Part shown: positions 8,927 to 22,467 of the stretch, piece after piece | How the letters are laid out: each line of letters starts with the position of its first letter | Position numbering within the stretch: the stretch's first letter is position 1 | NCBI GenBank assembly: GCA_963737655.1 | Contig: CAVTTN010000002.1 | Coordinates: forward strand, 6,368,001 to 6,432,000 | Source: an uncultured Planctomycetota bacterium | GTDB taxonomy: Bacteria; Planctomycetota; Planctomycetia; Isosphaerales; Isosphaeraceae | Length of the DNA stretch: 64,000 nt | Direction of reading: 5' to 3' | Program-made: the position numbers and the translations under genes | Notes under the pieces: model-generated | Told to the model about the DNA's origin: nothing | Databases searched by the model: none | Seen by the model: only the letters and a program-made list of their open reading frames with translations

Positions 8927-10384
8927 ATGGACCCCCTCCTGGAACGCACCCAGATCCGCACCCGCCGTCACTTCTTCCGCGAGAGCACCGCCGGCCTGGG
9001 CGGGATCGCGCTGGCGTCCCTGCTCGCGGACGACGCCCCGGCCGACACCGCCCCTCCGGCCGTGGTCGATCCCCTGGCGGCGAAGCCTCCGCACTTCGCC
9101 TCGAAGGCGAAGCGGGTCATCTACCTCCATCTGACCGGCTCCCCGCCGCATCTCGACCTGTTCGACTACAAGCCGGAGCTCGTCAAGAGGACCGGGCAGG
9201 ACTGCCCCGACGCCTTCCTGAAGGGCAAGCGGTTCGCGTTCACCTCGGGCGTGCCGAAACTGCTGGGGACTCCCCGGAAGTTCGAGCGACACGGCGAGGG
9301 CGGCGTGTGGCTTTCCGACGCCGTGCCGAATTTCCACGGGGTCGCCGACGAGCTCTGCGTGATCCGGTCCATGCATACGGATCAGTTCAACCACGCCCCG
9401 GCCGAATTGCTGCTCTACACGGGTTCGCCGCGAGGCGGAAGGCCGTCGATGGGGACGTGGGTCACGTATGGCCTGGGCACGGAGAACGCGAACCTTCCCG
9501 GGTTCGTGGTGCTGATCTCCAGCGGGGTCCAGCCCAACGGCGGGAAGAACTCGTTCGGCAGCGGGTTCCTGCCGTCGGTCTATCAGGGCGTGCAATGCCG
9601 GTCCATGGGCGACCCGGTCCTGTACGCGAGCGACCCGGCGGGGATGGACCGCCCGATGAGGCGGATGAGCCTCGACGCCCTCCGCGACCTGAACGAGATC
9701 GAGGGCCGGGCGCTCGGCCATCCCGAGACGGCCACCCGCATCGCGCAATATGAACTGGCGTTCCGCATGCAGATGTCGGTGCCCGAGGTCATGGACATCT
9801 CCCGGGAGCCGAAGAACGTCCTCGAAGACTACGGGGCCCAGCCCGGCGGCTCGAGCTTCGCGAACAATTGCCTGCTGGCCCGGCGGTTGGTCGAGCAGGG
9901 CGTGCGGTTCGTCCAGCTCTTCGACTGGGGCTGGGACTTCCACGGCACCGGCGCCGGCGAGGGGCTGACCGACGGCCTCACGAAGAAGTGCGCGACGATG
10001 GATAAGCCGGTCGCCGCCCTCCTGAGAGACCTGAAATCGCGGGGGCTGCTCGACGAGACCCTGATCGTCCTGGGAGGCGAGTTCGGCCGGACCCCGTTCC
10101 GCGAAGGGAGGACCGCCGGCTCGGCCGTCCTCGGCCGCGACCACTTCCCGGACTGCTACTCGATGGTCCTCGCCGGGGCGGGCGTGAAGGGCGGTTTCAC
10201 CCACGGGGAATCGGACGAGCTGGGGTTCTCCGTCGCGAAGGACCCGGTCCACGTCCACGACCTCCAGGCCACGATCTTGCACTTGCTCGGCCTGAATCAC
10301 GAGCGGTTGACATATCGATTCCAGGGGCGCGACTATCGGCTGACGGACGTTCACGGGAAGGTGGTCCGCGAGGTCCTGGCCTAG
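8927..10384 (+). CDS. DUF1501 domain protein
   Basis: TRRHFF twin-Arg leader; [61 protein letters not shown]. Confidence 0.93.
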   Translation: MDPLLERTQIRTRRHFFRESTAGLGGIALASLLADDAPADTAPPAVVDPLAAKPPHFASKAKRVIYLHLTGSPPHLDLFDYKPELVKRTGQDCPDAFLKGKRFAFTSGVPKLLGTPRKFERHGEGGVWLSDAVPNFHGVADELCVIRSMHTDQFNHAPAELLLYTGSPRGGRPSMGTWVTYGLGTENANLPGFVVLISSGVQPNGGKNSFGSGFLPSVYQGVQCRSMGDPVLYASDPAGMDRPMRRMSLDALRDLNEIEGRALGHPETATRIAQYELAFRMQMSVPEVMDISREPKNVLEDYGAQPGGSSFANNCLLARRLVEQGVRFVQLFDWGWDFHGTGAGEGLTDGLTKKCATMDKPVAALLRDLKSRGLLDETLIVLGGEFGRTPFREGRTAGSAVLGRDHFPDCYSMVLAGAGVKGGFTHGESDELGFSVAKDPVHVHDLQATILHLLGLNHERLTYRFQGRDYRLTDVHGKVVREVLA

Positions 10385-10419
10385 ATCGCGGCGGGCCCCG
10401 GGACTGGAGGACCGACGAC

Positions 10420-11856
10420 TCACCGCCGGACTCGGTTCCCGAGGACGAACCCGAGCAGGCCGGTCAGGGCGATCCCCAGCGAGGCTTGCAGGCCGGTGAG
10501 GAGGTGGACGGCCTCGGTCCGGGGTTCGAGGCCGACGGCCGGGCTGCCGGAGGTGGTCATCGCCAGGAGGCTGAAGACGGCGAGGTCCAGCGGGTTTCTC
10601 GTGACCTGCTTCACCGTCGAGCCGTCGGCCGCCTGGGAGACGACCACGACGCTGTTGGTGATCCCGTAGAGGACGCTGAACAGGAGATAGACGACGGCCA
10701 TCGTGGCGAGGACTCGGGGGATGCTCTCGCCGTAGTCGCAGAGCCATTCGACGGCCTGGTCGCAGGCGAAGCGGGCCCCCTCGTGAAAGGCGGCCGTCCA
10801 TCGACGGTTGCGGAAGGCGGCCCGGGCGGCCTCGATGGCGGCGCGTTTTTGCATCCGGCGACGGCGGCGATAGGCCCAGCTTGAGGCGTCGGCGTCGCCC
10901 CTCTCGGCGAAGTTGCGTTCGAGGCCCTGATAGGCCCGCCCGGCGAGCTCGAACCGACCGGCGAGCTCCTCGCCGATGGCGTCTCCGAGCTGGTCGCGGC
11001 GCAGGCGGGTGCGGTCGAGATAGGCGCCGGCGAGCAGCACGCCCGCGAGCTGGCTCTGGGACAGGTCGAGCCCTTCGAGGCGGGCGTCTCGGAGGTCGGC
11101 CCCGGAGAGGTTCGCCCCGCCGAGGTCCGCCCCTCGGAGGTCGGCCCCGGAGAGGTTCGCCCCCGAGAGGTTGGCCTTGAGGAGGACGGCCCGGCGAAGG
11201 TCGGTCCGCGAGAGGTCGGCCCCGGCCATCCGGGCCTCGCGGAGGTTCGCGGCACGGAACTTGGCCCCCGAGACGTTCGCCTCGCGGAGGTCGGCGCTCC
11301 AGAGGTCGGCCGAGCGGAGGTTCGCGCCTTCGAGCACGGCCTCGCGGAGGTCGGCGAAGCGGAGGGAGGCGCCGGCGAGGTCGGCGTCTTCGAGCATGGC
11401 GCCCCGGAGGTCCGCCTTGCCGAGCTGGGCCCGGGTCAGCCGGGCGGAGGCGAGGTCGGCGCCCGAGAGATTCGCCTCTTCGAGGCGGGCGCGACGGAGG
11501 TCGGCCCCCTGGGCGGCGACCCCGGAGAGATCCGAGCCGCCGAGGTCGATCCCGCGGAGGTCCGCGCGTCGGAGGCGGGCGCCCCGGAGGTCCGCCTTGC
11601 GGAATCGGCCGGTCCTGTGCTCGGCGTCCCACCAGGAGGGCGGCGATCCGCCCTCGGCGACCCTCCGGCCGAGGGCCGTCCGGCTGAGGTCCACCTCGTC
11701 CAGCTCGGCCGGCCCGTCGTCGGTCCTCGGCACGAGGAGGAGGCCGTCGGGATGGTCCTCCACGCTCCTCAAAACGATCTCGGCGCGGGCCGAGGCGGGG
11801 GCGACGGCCAGGCGGTGGCGGGTCGAGGCCGAGGGGGGGGCGGGATCGTCGGTCAC
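10420..11856 (-). CDS. Pentapeptide-repeat protein with C-terminal two-TM ion-channel-like domain
   Basis: Long A[DN]Lxx repeat tract; C-terminus DYGESIPRV-TM...FSLLAMTTSG..EP-TM. Start GTG 11856 is uncertain; the longer ORF overlaps the antisense gene. Confidence 0.8.
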   Translation of the reverse strand: MTDDPAPPSASTRHRLAVAPASARAEIVLRSVEDHPDGLLLVPRTDDGPAELDEVDLSRTALGRRVAEGGSPPSWWDAEHRTGRFRKADLRGARLRRADLRGIDLGGSDLSGVAAQGADLRRARLEEANLSGADLASARLTRAQLGKADLRGAMLEDADLAGASLRFADLREAVLEGANLRSADLWSADLREANVSGAKFRAANLREARMAGADLSRTDLRRAVLLKANLSGANLSGADLRGADLGGANLSGADLRDARLEGLDLSQSQLAGVLLAGAYLDRTRLRRDQLGDAIGEELAGRFELAGRAYQGLERNFAERGDADASSWAYRRRRRMQKRAAIEAARAAFRNRRWTAAFHEGARFACDQAVEWLCDYGESIPRVLATMAVVYLLFSVLYGITNSVVVVSQAADGSTVKQVTRNPLDLAVFSLLAMTTSGSPAVGLEPRTEAVHLLTGLQASLGIALTGLLGFVLGNRVRR

Positions 11857-12093
11857 GCGAGGGGGCCTCGCCGGGTGAGGGATCGTTTCCGGAGCGGACC
11901 ATCCTACGCAAATCCCAGGGCCCCGGGGACGGCGACCCGGGCCGATTCGCGGGGTTTTTCGGCCTAGTTGGGCGTCGCGGACGGGCATGAGGCGGCCTGC
12001 GGGCGTTGAGAAGCGGCGTGACCTATGGTCGGGATGATGGGCCGGCCTCGGGACGACAGATCCCGAGGTCCAGGCCGCCCCGGGAACTCGACG

Positions 12094-15000
12094 ATGACGC
12101 GACTTCACGCTCGGCGCCGGGCCATCGCCGAGATCGGTCTGCTCTTGCTGCCGGCCCTGGCGGCGATCCTGGGCGGATCGTTGAGCCTGGCCCTGGCCGG
12201 CGGCGCCGGAGGATGGGTCGTGGGGCCGGCACTGGGGGCGGGGGCCGTCCTGGTCCTGGCCGGCAGCTTCGCCCTGGTCCGGTCGGCGGCGGATCGGTCG
12301 TTGGCCCTGGCGGCGGAGCGGGACGGCCGCCGCGATCAGGTCGAGGCGGCCCTGCGCGAGACCGAGGCCCGGCTCGAAGCGATCCTCGATGCGACCGAGG
12401 CCGTCGTCTACCTCAAGGACCTCGACGGCCGATACCTCCTGATGAATCGCCGCTGGATCGCCATGTACCCGGGCACCAGGGAAATGGTCCTGGGCAGGAC
12501 CGACCACGACCTGTTCCCGCCCGATGTCGCCGCGACCTTCCGCCTCAACGACCGCAAGGCCCTGGAGGCCGGCGAGGCCGTGGAGTCTGAGGAGATCGTC
12601 CCGGGCGTCGATGGGGTCCGCACGTACCTCTCGATCAAGGTGCCGCTGTTCGACGCCTCGGGCCGGCCCTACGCCACCTGCGGGATCTCCACGGACATCA
12701 CCCAGAGGAAGAGGGCCGAGGAGTCGCTCCGGGCCAGCGAGGAGCGGTTCCGCCTGGCCTTCGAGCACGCGGCGGTCGGCGTGAGCCTGGCCACGCCCGA
12801 CGGCCGGTTCGTCCGCGTGAATTCGGCGTTCTGCGCCCTGACCGGCTACTCGGCCGAGGAGCTGGGGGATCGGACCATCCTGGCGATCACCCACCCCGAG
12901 GACCGCGAGGTGAACCTCCGGCTGCTGGAGCGGCTGCTGATCCGGGAAATCCCCAGCTTCCTTTTGGAGAAGCGGTACATCACCAAGCGGGGCGAGATCG
13001 TCTGGGGCAAGTGCAGCGTGTCGATCATCCCGGACGGGAGCGGCGGGCCGGGCCACCTGATCACGCTGACCGAGGACATCACCGAGCGGAAGAGGGCCGA
13101 GGCCGAGCGGGCCGAGGCGGCCCAGACCCTCCAGAAGATCCTGGAGACGGTGCCGGATATCCTTTACGCCCTGGACCTCGAAGGCCGGGTCGTCCGCTGG
13201 AATCGGCCCCTGGAGGTCGCCACCGGGTTATCCTCCGAGGAGATCCACGGCCGCCACGCCCTGCGATTCTTCGCGGAGGAGGATCAGGCCACGATCCATG
13301 AGGCGATCTTGCGGGCCCATCGCGACGGGTTCGCCGAGAGCGAGGGCCAACTGCTCCATAAAGACGGTCATTCGACGATCTATCAATGGACCGGAGTCCC
13401 GCTGAAGGACGACGCCGGGCGGGTCGTGGGGCTGACCGGGGTGGGGCGGGACATCTCGGCCCTGAAGGCCGTCGAGGCGGACCTCCGCGCCTCGTATGAC
13501 GCCACGATCGAAGGCTGGGCGCGGTTGCTGGACCTCCGCGACCGCGAGACCGAGGGGCATTCGCGGAGGGTCACCGAAAGGACGGTCCGGCTCGCCCGGG
13601 CGATGGGCATGGGCGGCCCCGACCTCGAGCAGGTCCGCCGCGGGGCCCTGCTCCACGACATCGGCAAGATGGGCATCCCCGACGCCGTGTTGCTCAAGGA
13701 AGGCTCGCTCACGCCCGAGGAATGGTCCGTGATGCGGACCCACCCCAGCCTCGCCGCCGAGATGCTCTCGGCCATCGACTTCCTCCGCCCCGCCGTGGAG
13801 ATCCCCTGGAACCATCACGAACGGTGGGACGGATCGGGCTATCCCCGAGGGCTCAAGGGCGAGGAGATCCCCCTGCCGGCCCGGATCTTCGCCGCGGTGG
13901 ACATCTGGGACGCGCTGACCCACGATCGCCCGTATCGCCGGGCCTGGGCCCCGGAACGAGCCCGGACGTATCTCGAATCGCTCGCCGGCAACCACCTCGA
14001 CCCGAACGTCGTCCGCGAGTTCTGCCTCCTCCTGGACGCGGAGGGGATCGCCCGCGATCCCGAGCCCGCGCCGGCCTCGCCGGCCCCGTCTCCCGAATTC
14101 AGCTCCCCGTCGAGGCCGCCGGAGGTCCTGATCGTCGGCGAGGGCGAGCCGGCCGCACTCCTGGTCGCCCGGCTCGGGGAGATCGGCCACCGGGCCACCG
14201 TCGTGGCCGACGCCGAAGCCTCGTGGAACGCGATCCGGGAAAACGGCCACCGCCTGGTGATCGCCGACTGGGACCGCCCCGACGCCGTCCCCCTGTGCCG
14301 GAGGCTCCGGGCCGGCGACAATGACTTGTATGTCTATCTGTTCGCCGCGACCGCCCGGACCTCGCCCGAGGCCCTGCGGGCGCCCCTGGCCGACGGCGCC
14401 GACGGCGTCCTCGCCTTGCCCCCGGACCCCCGCGAGCTGGAGGCGCGAATCGGGGCCGGCCGAAGGATCGTCACCGCCCACGACGCCCTGATCGCCCGGT
14501 CCGATCGCGCCGACCGCGATCGGGCCCGGCTCCTCGCCCAGAACGAACGGCTCGTCGAGCTGGTCTCGGTGGACTCGCTGACCGGACTCTCCAACCGCCG
14601 GCACGTCCTGGAGTCGCTGGAGATCGAGATCGACGCGGCGACCCGGGGCGGCCGGGAGCTCTCGGTGATCCTCCTGGACGTCGATCGGTTCAAGCTCTAC
14701 AACGACACCCACGGCCACCGGGCCGGCGACGAGGTCCTCCGCCGGCTGGCCCGGGTGCTCCGGACGTCGCTCGATGGCCAGTCGCTGGCGGCTCGCTACG
14801 GAGGCGAGGAGTTCCTGATCCTCCTGCCCGGGGCCGACGTCCGCGAGGCGGGCGAGTCCGCCGAGCGGGTCCGCCGGGCCATCGAGACGGCCGACTGGCC
14901 GCTCCGACCCGTGACCGCCAGCCTCGGGGTCGCGACCCTTCGTTGCGATCTGGCCGACCCCTACGAACTGATCGACGAGGCCGACCAGGCCCTCTATCGA

Positions 15001-15105
15001 TCCAAACGCCGCGGCCGAAACCGCGCCACCCACGCCCTCGACTCCGACCCGAGGAACCCATCCCCGCTCGATACCCTCTGGATGGCCGGCGCCTCGGCCG
15101 GTTGA
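12094..15105 (+). CDS. Membrane-anchored c-di-GMP enzyme: 2TM-PAS-PAS-PAS-HD-GYP-REC-GGDEF
   Basis: Three PAS/PAC units (DITQRK, DITERK, RDIS); ETEGHS, LLHDIGK, HHERWDGSGYP; LVIADW; DSLTGLSNRR, DVDRFKLYND, RYGGEEF. Start 12094 or 12025. Confidence 0.88.
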   Translation: MTRLHARRRAIAEIGLLLLPALAAILGGSLSLALAGGAGGWVVGPALGAGAVLVLAGSFALVRSAADRSLALAAERDGRRDQVEAALRETEARLEAILDATEAVVYLKDLDGRYLLMNRRWIAMYPGTREMVLGRTDHDLFPPDVAATFRLNDRKALEAGEAVESEEIVPGVDGVRTYLSIKVPLFDASGRPYATCGISTDITQRKRAEESLRASEERFRLAFEHAAVGVSLATPDGRFVRVNSAFCALTGYSAEELGDRTILAITHPEDREVNLRLLERLLIREIPSFLLEKRYITKRGEIVWGKCSVSIIPDGSGGPGHLITLTEDITERKRAEAERAEAAQTLQKILETVPDILYALDLEGRVVRWNRPLEVATGLSSEEIHGRHALRFFAEEDQATIHEAILRAHRDGFAESEGQLLHKDGHSTIYQWTGVPLKDDAGRVVGLTGVGRDISALKAVEADLRASYDATIEGWARLLDLRDRETEGHSRRVTERTVRLARAMGMGGPDLEQVRRGALLHDIGKMGIPDAVLLKEGSLTPEEWSVMRTHPSLAAEMLSAIDFLRPAVEIPWNHHERWDGSGYPRGLKGEEIPLPARIFAAVDIWDALTHDRPYRRAWAPERARTYLESLAGNHLDPNVVREFCLLLDAEGIARDPEPAPASPAPSPEFSSPSRPPEVLIVGEGEPAALLVARLGEIGHRATVVADAEASWNAIRENGHRLVIADWDRPDAVPLCRRLRAGDNDLYVYLFAATARTSPEALRAPLADGADGVLALPPDPRELEARIGAGRRIVTAHDALIARSDRADRDRARLLAQNERLVELVSVDSLTGLSNRRHVLESLEIEIDAATRGGRELSVILLDVDRFKLYNDTHGHRAGDEVLRRLARVLRTSLDGQSLAARYGGEEFLILLPGADVREAGESAERVRRAIETADWPLRPVTASLGVATLRCDLADPYELIDEADQALYRSKRRGRNRATHALDSDPRNPSPLDTLWMAGASAG

Positions 15106-15252
15106 GCCGTGGCGATCCGTATCAATAGAGTCAAATCATATTTTCGTCTGCGAGGATACGATCCGGCACCAATTTTGGGAGACGCGATCGTTTACGCCCC
15201 CCGTCGGACGCCCCGGTCCCGGGAGTCGCGTCGGGCGAGGCGGGAAAATTCC

Positions 15253-16470
15253 CAGGGTCGATCGGTTATTTAATCTGTAGTAGACTCCCGGTTCCTCTCT
15301 GGGAGTGTATGACACCGATGACCTACGCACCCCCCGGCAGCCTGCTCGCATTCCTCGCCGAGGTCCCCGACCCGCGGTCCCGGCACGGCCGGAGGCATCC
15401 GATGGTCGCGATGCTGGCCCACGCCTGCTGCGCCATCCTCTGCGGGTGCCGCGGCTATGCCGCCATCGCCCAGTGGGGCCGGGACCAGCCGATCGAGCTC
15501 ATGCACCGCCTCGGCTACCGCCGCCGGCCCGCCTCCTTCGGCGCCTTCCAGGCCCTCTTCGCCCGCCTCCCGGCCGACGCCCTGGAGGCCGCCGTGGCCC
15601 GCTGGGCCGAGCACCTGCTGGGGCCGCGGGCCGGCCCGGGCCTGCGGGCCGTGGCGCTCGACGGCAAGTCCTCCCGCGGCAGCGGCACGGCCGCCGCCCC
15701 CGCGGTCCACCTGCTGGCGGCCCTGGACCAGCAGACCGGGTGCGTGCTGGCCCAGGCCCGCGTCCCGGCCGAGACCAACGAGCACAAGGCGGCGCTGCGG
15801 CTCCTGGAGGGGATGGTGCTGGAGGGCCGCGTGATCACCGGCGACGCGGCGTTCTGCCAGCGCGATCTGTGCCGCCAGGTGGTCGACGCCGGCGGCCACT
15901 ACCTGGTCAAGGTCGACGACAACCAGCCGACCCTGAAGGCGGACATCGCGGCCGCCTTCGGGCCGGCCTTTTCCCCCCTACGGCCGGCGGAAGGCGGCCG
16001 AGCAGGCCGACGTGGCGACGGCCCTGGACAAGCACGGCGGGCGGGTCGAGCGGCGGGTGCTGCGGACGACCACGGCGCTCAACGGCTACCTGGACTGGCC
16101 GGGGGTGGCGCAGGTCGGGCTCCTGGAGCGGACGGTCGCGGCCGGGGGTGGGGTGACCGTGGAGGTCCAGTACCTGATCACCAGCGTGCCGCGCGTCAGC
16201 GCCGAGGCGGCGGCGCTCCTGGGGTGGGTGCGGGGCCACTGGGGGATCGAGAACCGGCTGCACTACGTCCGGGACGTGACGATGGGGGAGGACGCCAACC
16301 GGACCCGGAGCGGGTCGGGGCCGCAGGCGCTGGCGGCGCTGCGGAACCTGGCCGTCAGTAAGCTGCGGCTCGACGGGGTGACGAACATCGCCGCCGGCCT
16401 GCGGCGGAACGCCGCCCGCGTCCGAGACCTGCTCGCGAGCTTGTGCATCTTGAAACACTGATCGGCCCTG
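15253..16470 (+). mobile_element. ISAs1-family insertion sequence (1218 bp)
   Basis: IRs CAGGGTCGATCGGT / CAGGGCCGATCAGT (rc); flanking direct repeat GGGAAAATTCC at 15242-15252 and 16471-16481 (9 bp if the ends include one more C/G). Confidence 0.92.
15309..16461 (+). CDS. ISAs1 transposase, split by a +1 frame change at about 15975-15979
   Basis: ORF1: VPDPRSRHGRRH, LDGKSSRGS, TNE, ITGDAAFCQ, VKxNQPTL-like. +1 frame: HGGRVERR, VRGHWGIENRLHYVRDVTMGED. Confidence 0.9.
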
Positions 16471-16562
16471 GGGAAAATTCCGACCCTCGGCGCCTCCTCC
16501 GCGTTATGATGGTCGGTGACGCCCGCCCGCCCGATGCGCCCCTTGCGAGAGGCCCGAACCGG

Positions 16563-17348
16563 ATGACCCCGCCCGAGATGGCCGTCGCCCAGGAGGCGGC
16601 CCGAGCCGCCGGAGCGATCCTGTCGCGATTCTTCCGCGACGGCGTCACGATGCGCGAGAAGGACGTCGCCAACCTCGTCTCCGACGCCGATCTCCAGGCC
16701 GAGGCCGCGATCGTCGAGGTCATCCGCGAGCACTTCCCGACCCACGAAGTCCTCGGCGAGGAATCGCACGAGGGGAGCCTTTCGGCCGAGCATCTCTGGG
16801 TCGTCGATCCCCTGGACGGCACCGCGAACTTCGCCCACAAGATCCCTCATTTCGCCGTCTCCATCGCCTACTATCGAGCCGGCCGGGCCGAATGCGGGGT
16901 CGTCTTCAACCCGATCTCCGACGAATGGTACACCGCGGTCCGAGGCGAGGGCGCCTTCCTCAACGGCCGACCGATCCACGTCTCGCGGCATGCCCATTTG
17001 AACGAGGTCATCATCGGCTTCGGGCTCCCGTACGACCGAGGTCGCCTGATGGAAGCCACGCTCTCCGCGACGGCCGAATTGATCCGCGCCGAGACGCATG
17101 GCGTTCGGCGGATCGGGACGGCGGCCGTCGATTTCTGCCTCGTCGCGAATGGCCAGTTCGGCGCCTACTTCGAATACCTGCTCTCCCCCTGGGATTTCGC
17201 CGCCGGCCGCCTGATCTGCGAGGAGGCCGGGGGGACCGTGACCGACGCCAGGGGCGATCCGCTGACACTGGGCCGCCGAAGCGTGCTCGCCTCCAACGGC
17301 CCCTTGCACGAAGCCATGCTCGAAGTCCTGAAACCGCGACACCCGTAG
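16563..17348 (+). CDS. suhB: Inositol monophosphatase family protein
   Basis: LVSDAD, GEE, WVVDPLDGTANF, PWDFAAG. Confidence 0.9.
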   Translation: MTPPEMAVAQEAARAAGAILSRFFRDGVTMREKDVANLVSDADLQAEAAIVEVIREHFPTHEVLGEESHEGSLSAEHLWVVDPLDGTANFAHKIPHFAVSIAYYRAGRAECGVVFNPISDEWYTAVRGEGAFLNGRPIHVSRHAHLNEVIIGFGLPYDRGRLMEATLSATAELIRAETHGVRRIGTAAVDFCLVANGQFGAYFEYLLSPWDFAAGRLICEEAGGTVTDARGDPLTLGRRSVLASNGPLHEAMLEVLKPRHP

Positions 17349-17418
17349 TGTGCATGAAATGCACCGACCCGCGGCGGGCAAGGCCCGCCCACCATCCCTC
17401 TCCCCGGAGGCCACCTCG

Positions 17419-18711
17419 ATGACGGACCCCAATCGTCGAACCTTCCTGACCGCGGCCGGGGCGGCCGTGACCACCGGCCTGGCCTCCTCGCGATCCCTCG
17501 CCCAGCAGGGCCCGAACGAGACGGTTCGGGCCGCCGTCCTCGGCCTGAACTCACGAGGGCAGACGCACATCGAAGGCTTCATGGGCACTCCGGGCGTGAA
17601 GGTGACCGTCCTCTGCGACCCGGACCAAAAAGTCCTGGACTCCCGCGCCAAGGGGTTCGAATCGAGGTTCGGCTACAGGCCCGAGACCGAGACGGATCTC
17701 CGCAAGGTCTTCGACCGCAAGGACGTGGACGTGGTCAGCGTGGCCACGCCCAACCACTGGCACGCCCTGGCCACCGTCTGGGCCTGCAACGCCGGCAAGG
17801 ATGTTTACGTGGAGAAGCCGGGGACGCACAACGTCTCCGAGGGCCGCAAGATGATCGACGCGGCGAAGAAGAACGGCCGGGTCGTGCAGCACGGCGTCCA
17901 GCTCCGCAGCTCCGAGGCGATCCGCGAGGCCGTCGAGGCGATGCGCAACGGACTGATCGGCAAGCTCTACCTGGCCCGAGGCCTGGTCTTCCGCAACCGG
18001 CCGTCCGTCGGCCACGCCAAGGACCCGGACACCCCGCCGAGCGACTTCAGCTGGGACCTCTGGCAGGGACCCGCGCAGGAGAGGCCGTTCTCGAAGAAGT
18101 TCGTGCATTACAACTGGCACTGGCACTGGGCCTACGGCAACGGCGACGTCGGCAACCAGGGCGTCCACGAGACCGACATGTGCCTCTGGGGCCTGGGCCT
18201 GGAGACCCTGCCGACGGAGATCGTCGCCATGGGCGGCAAGTTCCTCTGGGACGACGACAAGGAGACCCCCGAGGTCCTCTCCAGCAGCTACAGCTTCCCC
18301 GAGCAGAAGCAGATGATCGAGTTCGAGGTCCGCCCCTGGGCCACCAACACCGAGGGGGGCGCGGGCGTCGGCAACCTCTTCTACGGGAGCGAGGGCTACC
18401 TCGTCGTCAAGGGATACAATTCCTACGAGGCGTTCGACCAGAAGGGCAAGTCCATCAAGAAGAAGAGCGACGGCGACCCCGTGGCCAGGCACTTCGCGAA
18501 CTTCATCGACGCCGTCCGCCACCGAGACCCCTCCCGCCTCCACGCCCCGGTGGAGACCGCCCACACCAGCTCCTCGCTCGCCCACCTGGGCAACATCGCC
18601 TACCGCGTCGGCCGCCGCCTGAAGTTCGACCCGGCCTCCGAGACCTTCCCGGGCGACGGCGAGGCCAACGCCCTCCTGACCCGCGAATACCGCAAGCCAT
18701 TCGTGATCTGA
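17419..18711 (+). CDS. Gfo/Idh/MocA family oxidoreductase, Tat-exported
   Basis: NRRTFL; ATPNHWH; DVYVEKP; WDLWQGPA; GDVGNQGVH. Confidence 0.92.
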   Translation: MTDPNRRTFLTAAGAAVTTGLASSRSLAQQGPNETVRAAVLGLNSRGQTHIEGFMGTPGVKVTVLCDPDQKVLDSRAKGFESRFGYRPETETDLRKVFDRKDVDVVSVATPNHWHALATVWACNAGKDVYVEKPGTHNVSEGRKMIDAAKKNGRVVQHGVQLRSSEAIREAVEAMRNGLIGKLYLARGLVFRNRPSVGHAKDPDTPPSDFSWDLWQGPAQERPFSKKFVHYNWHWHWAYGNGDVGNQGVHETDMCLWGLGLETLPTEIVAMGGKFLWDDDKETPEVLSSSYSFPEQKQMIEFEVRPWATNTEGGAGVGNLFYGSEGYLVVKGYNSYEAFDQKGKSIKKKSDGDPVARHFANFIDAVRHRDPSRLHAPVETAHTSSSLAHLGNIAYRVGRRLKFDPASETFPGDGEANALLTREYRKPFVI

Positions 18712-18862
18712 GAGCCGACCGCCAGGCCGCCAGGGGAGGAGCGGGACGGGAGTTCTTCGAGGATCTCGCCTCTCCTCCTCCCTTGGCGCCCGAGGCGGCC
18801 GGGCGGTTCAATGGAATCTTCCCCCGCCGATCGACGGCCCCGCGCCGGACGGAATCCCACCC

Positions 18863-22461
<3,599 letters not shown>

Positions 22462-22467
22462 CCCCTC

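Noticed and set aside
11040..11600. 15-nt periodic DNA repeats resembling an array
   Set aside because: They are codons of the pentapeptide repeats. No repeat-spacer structure or cas genes, so no CRISPR is called anywhere in the window.
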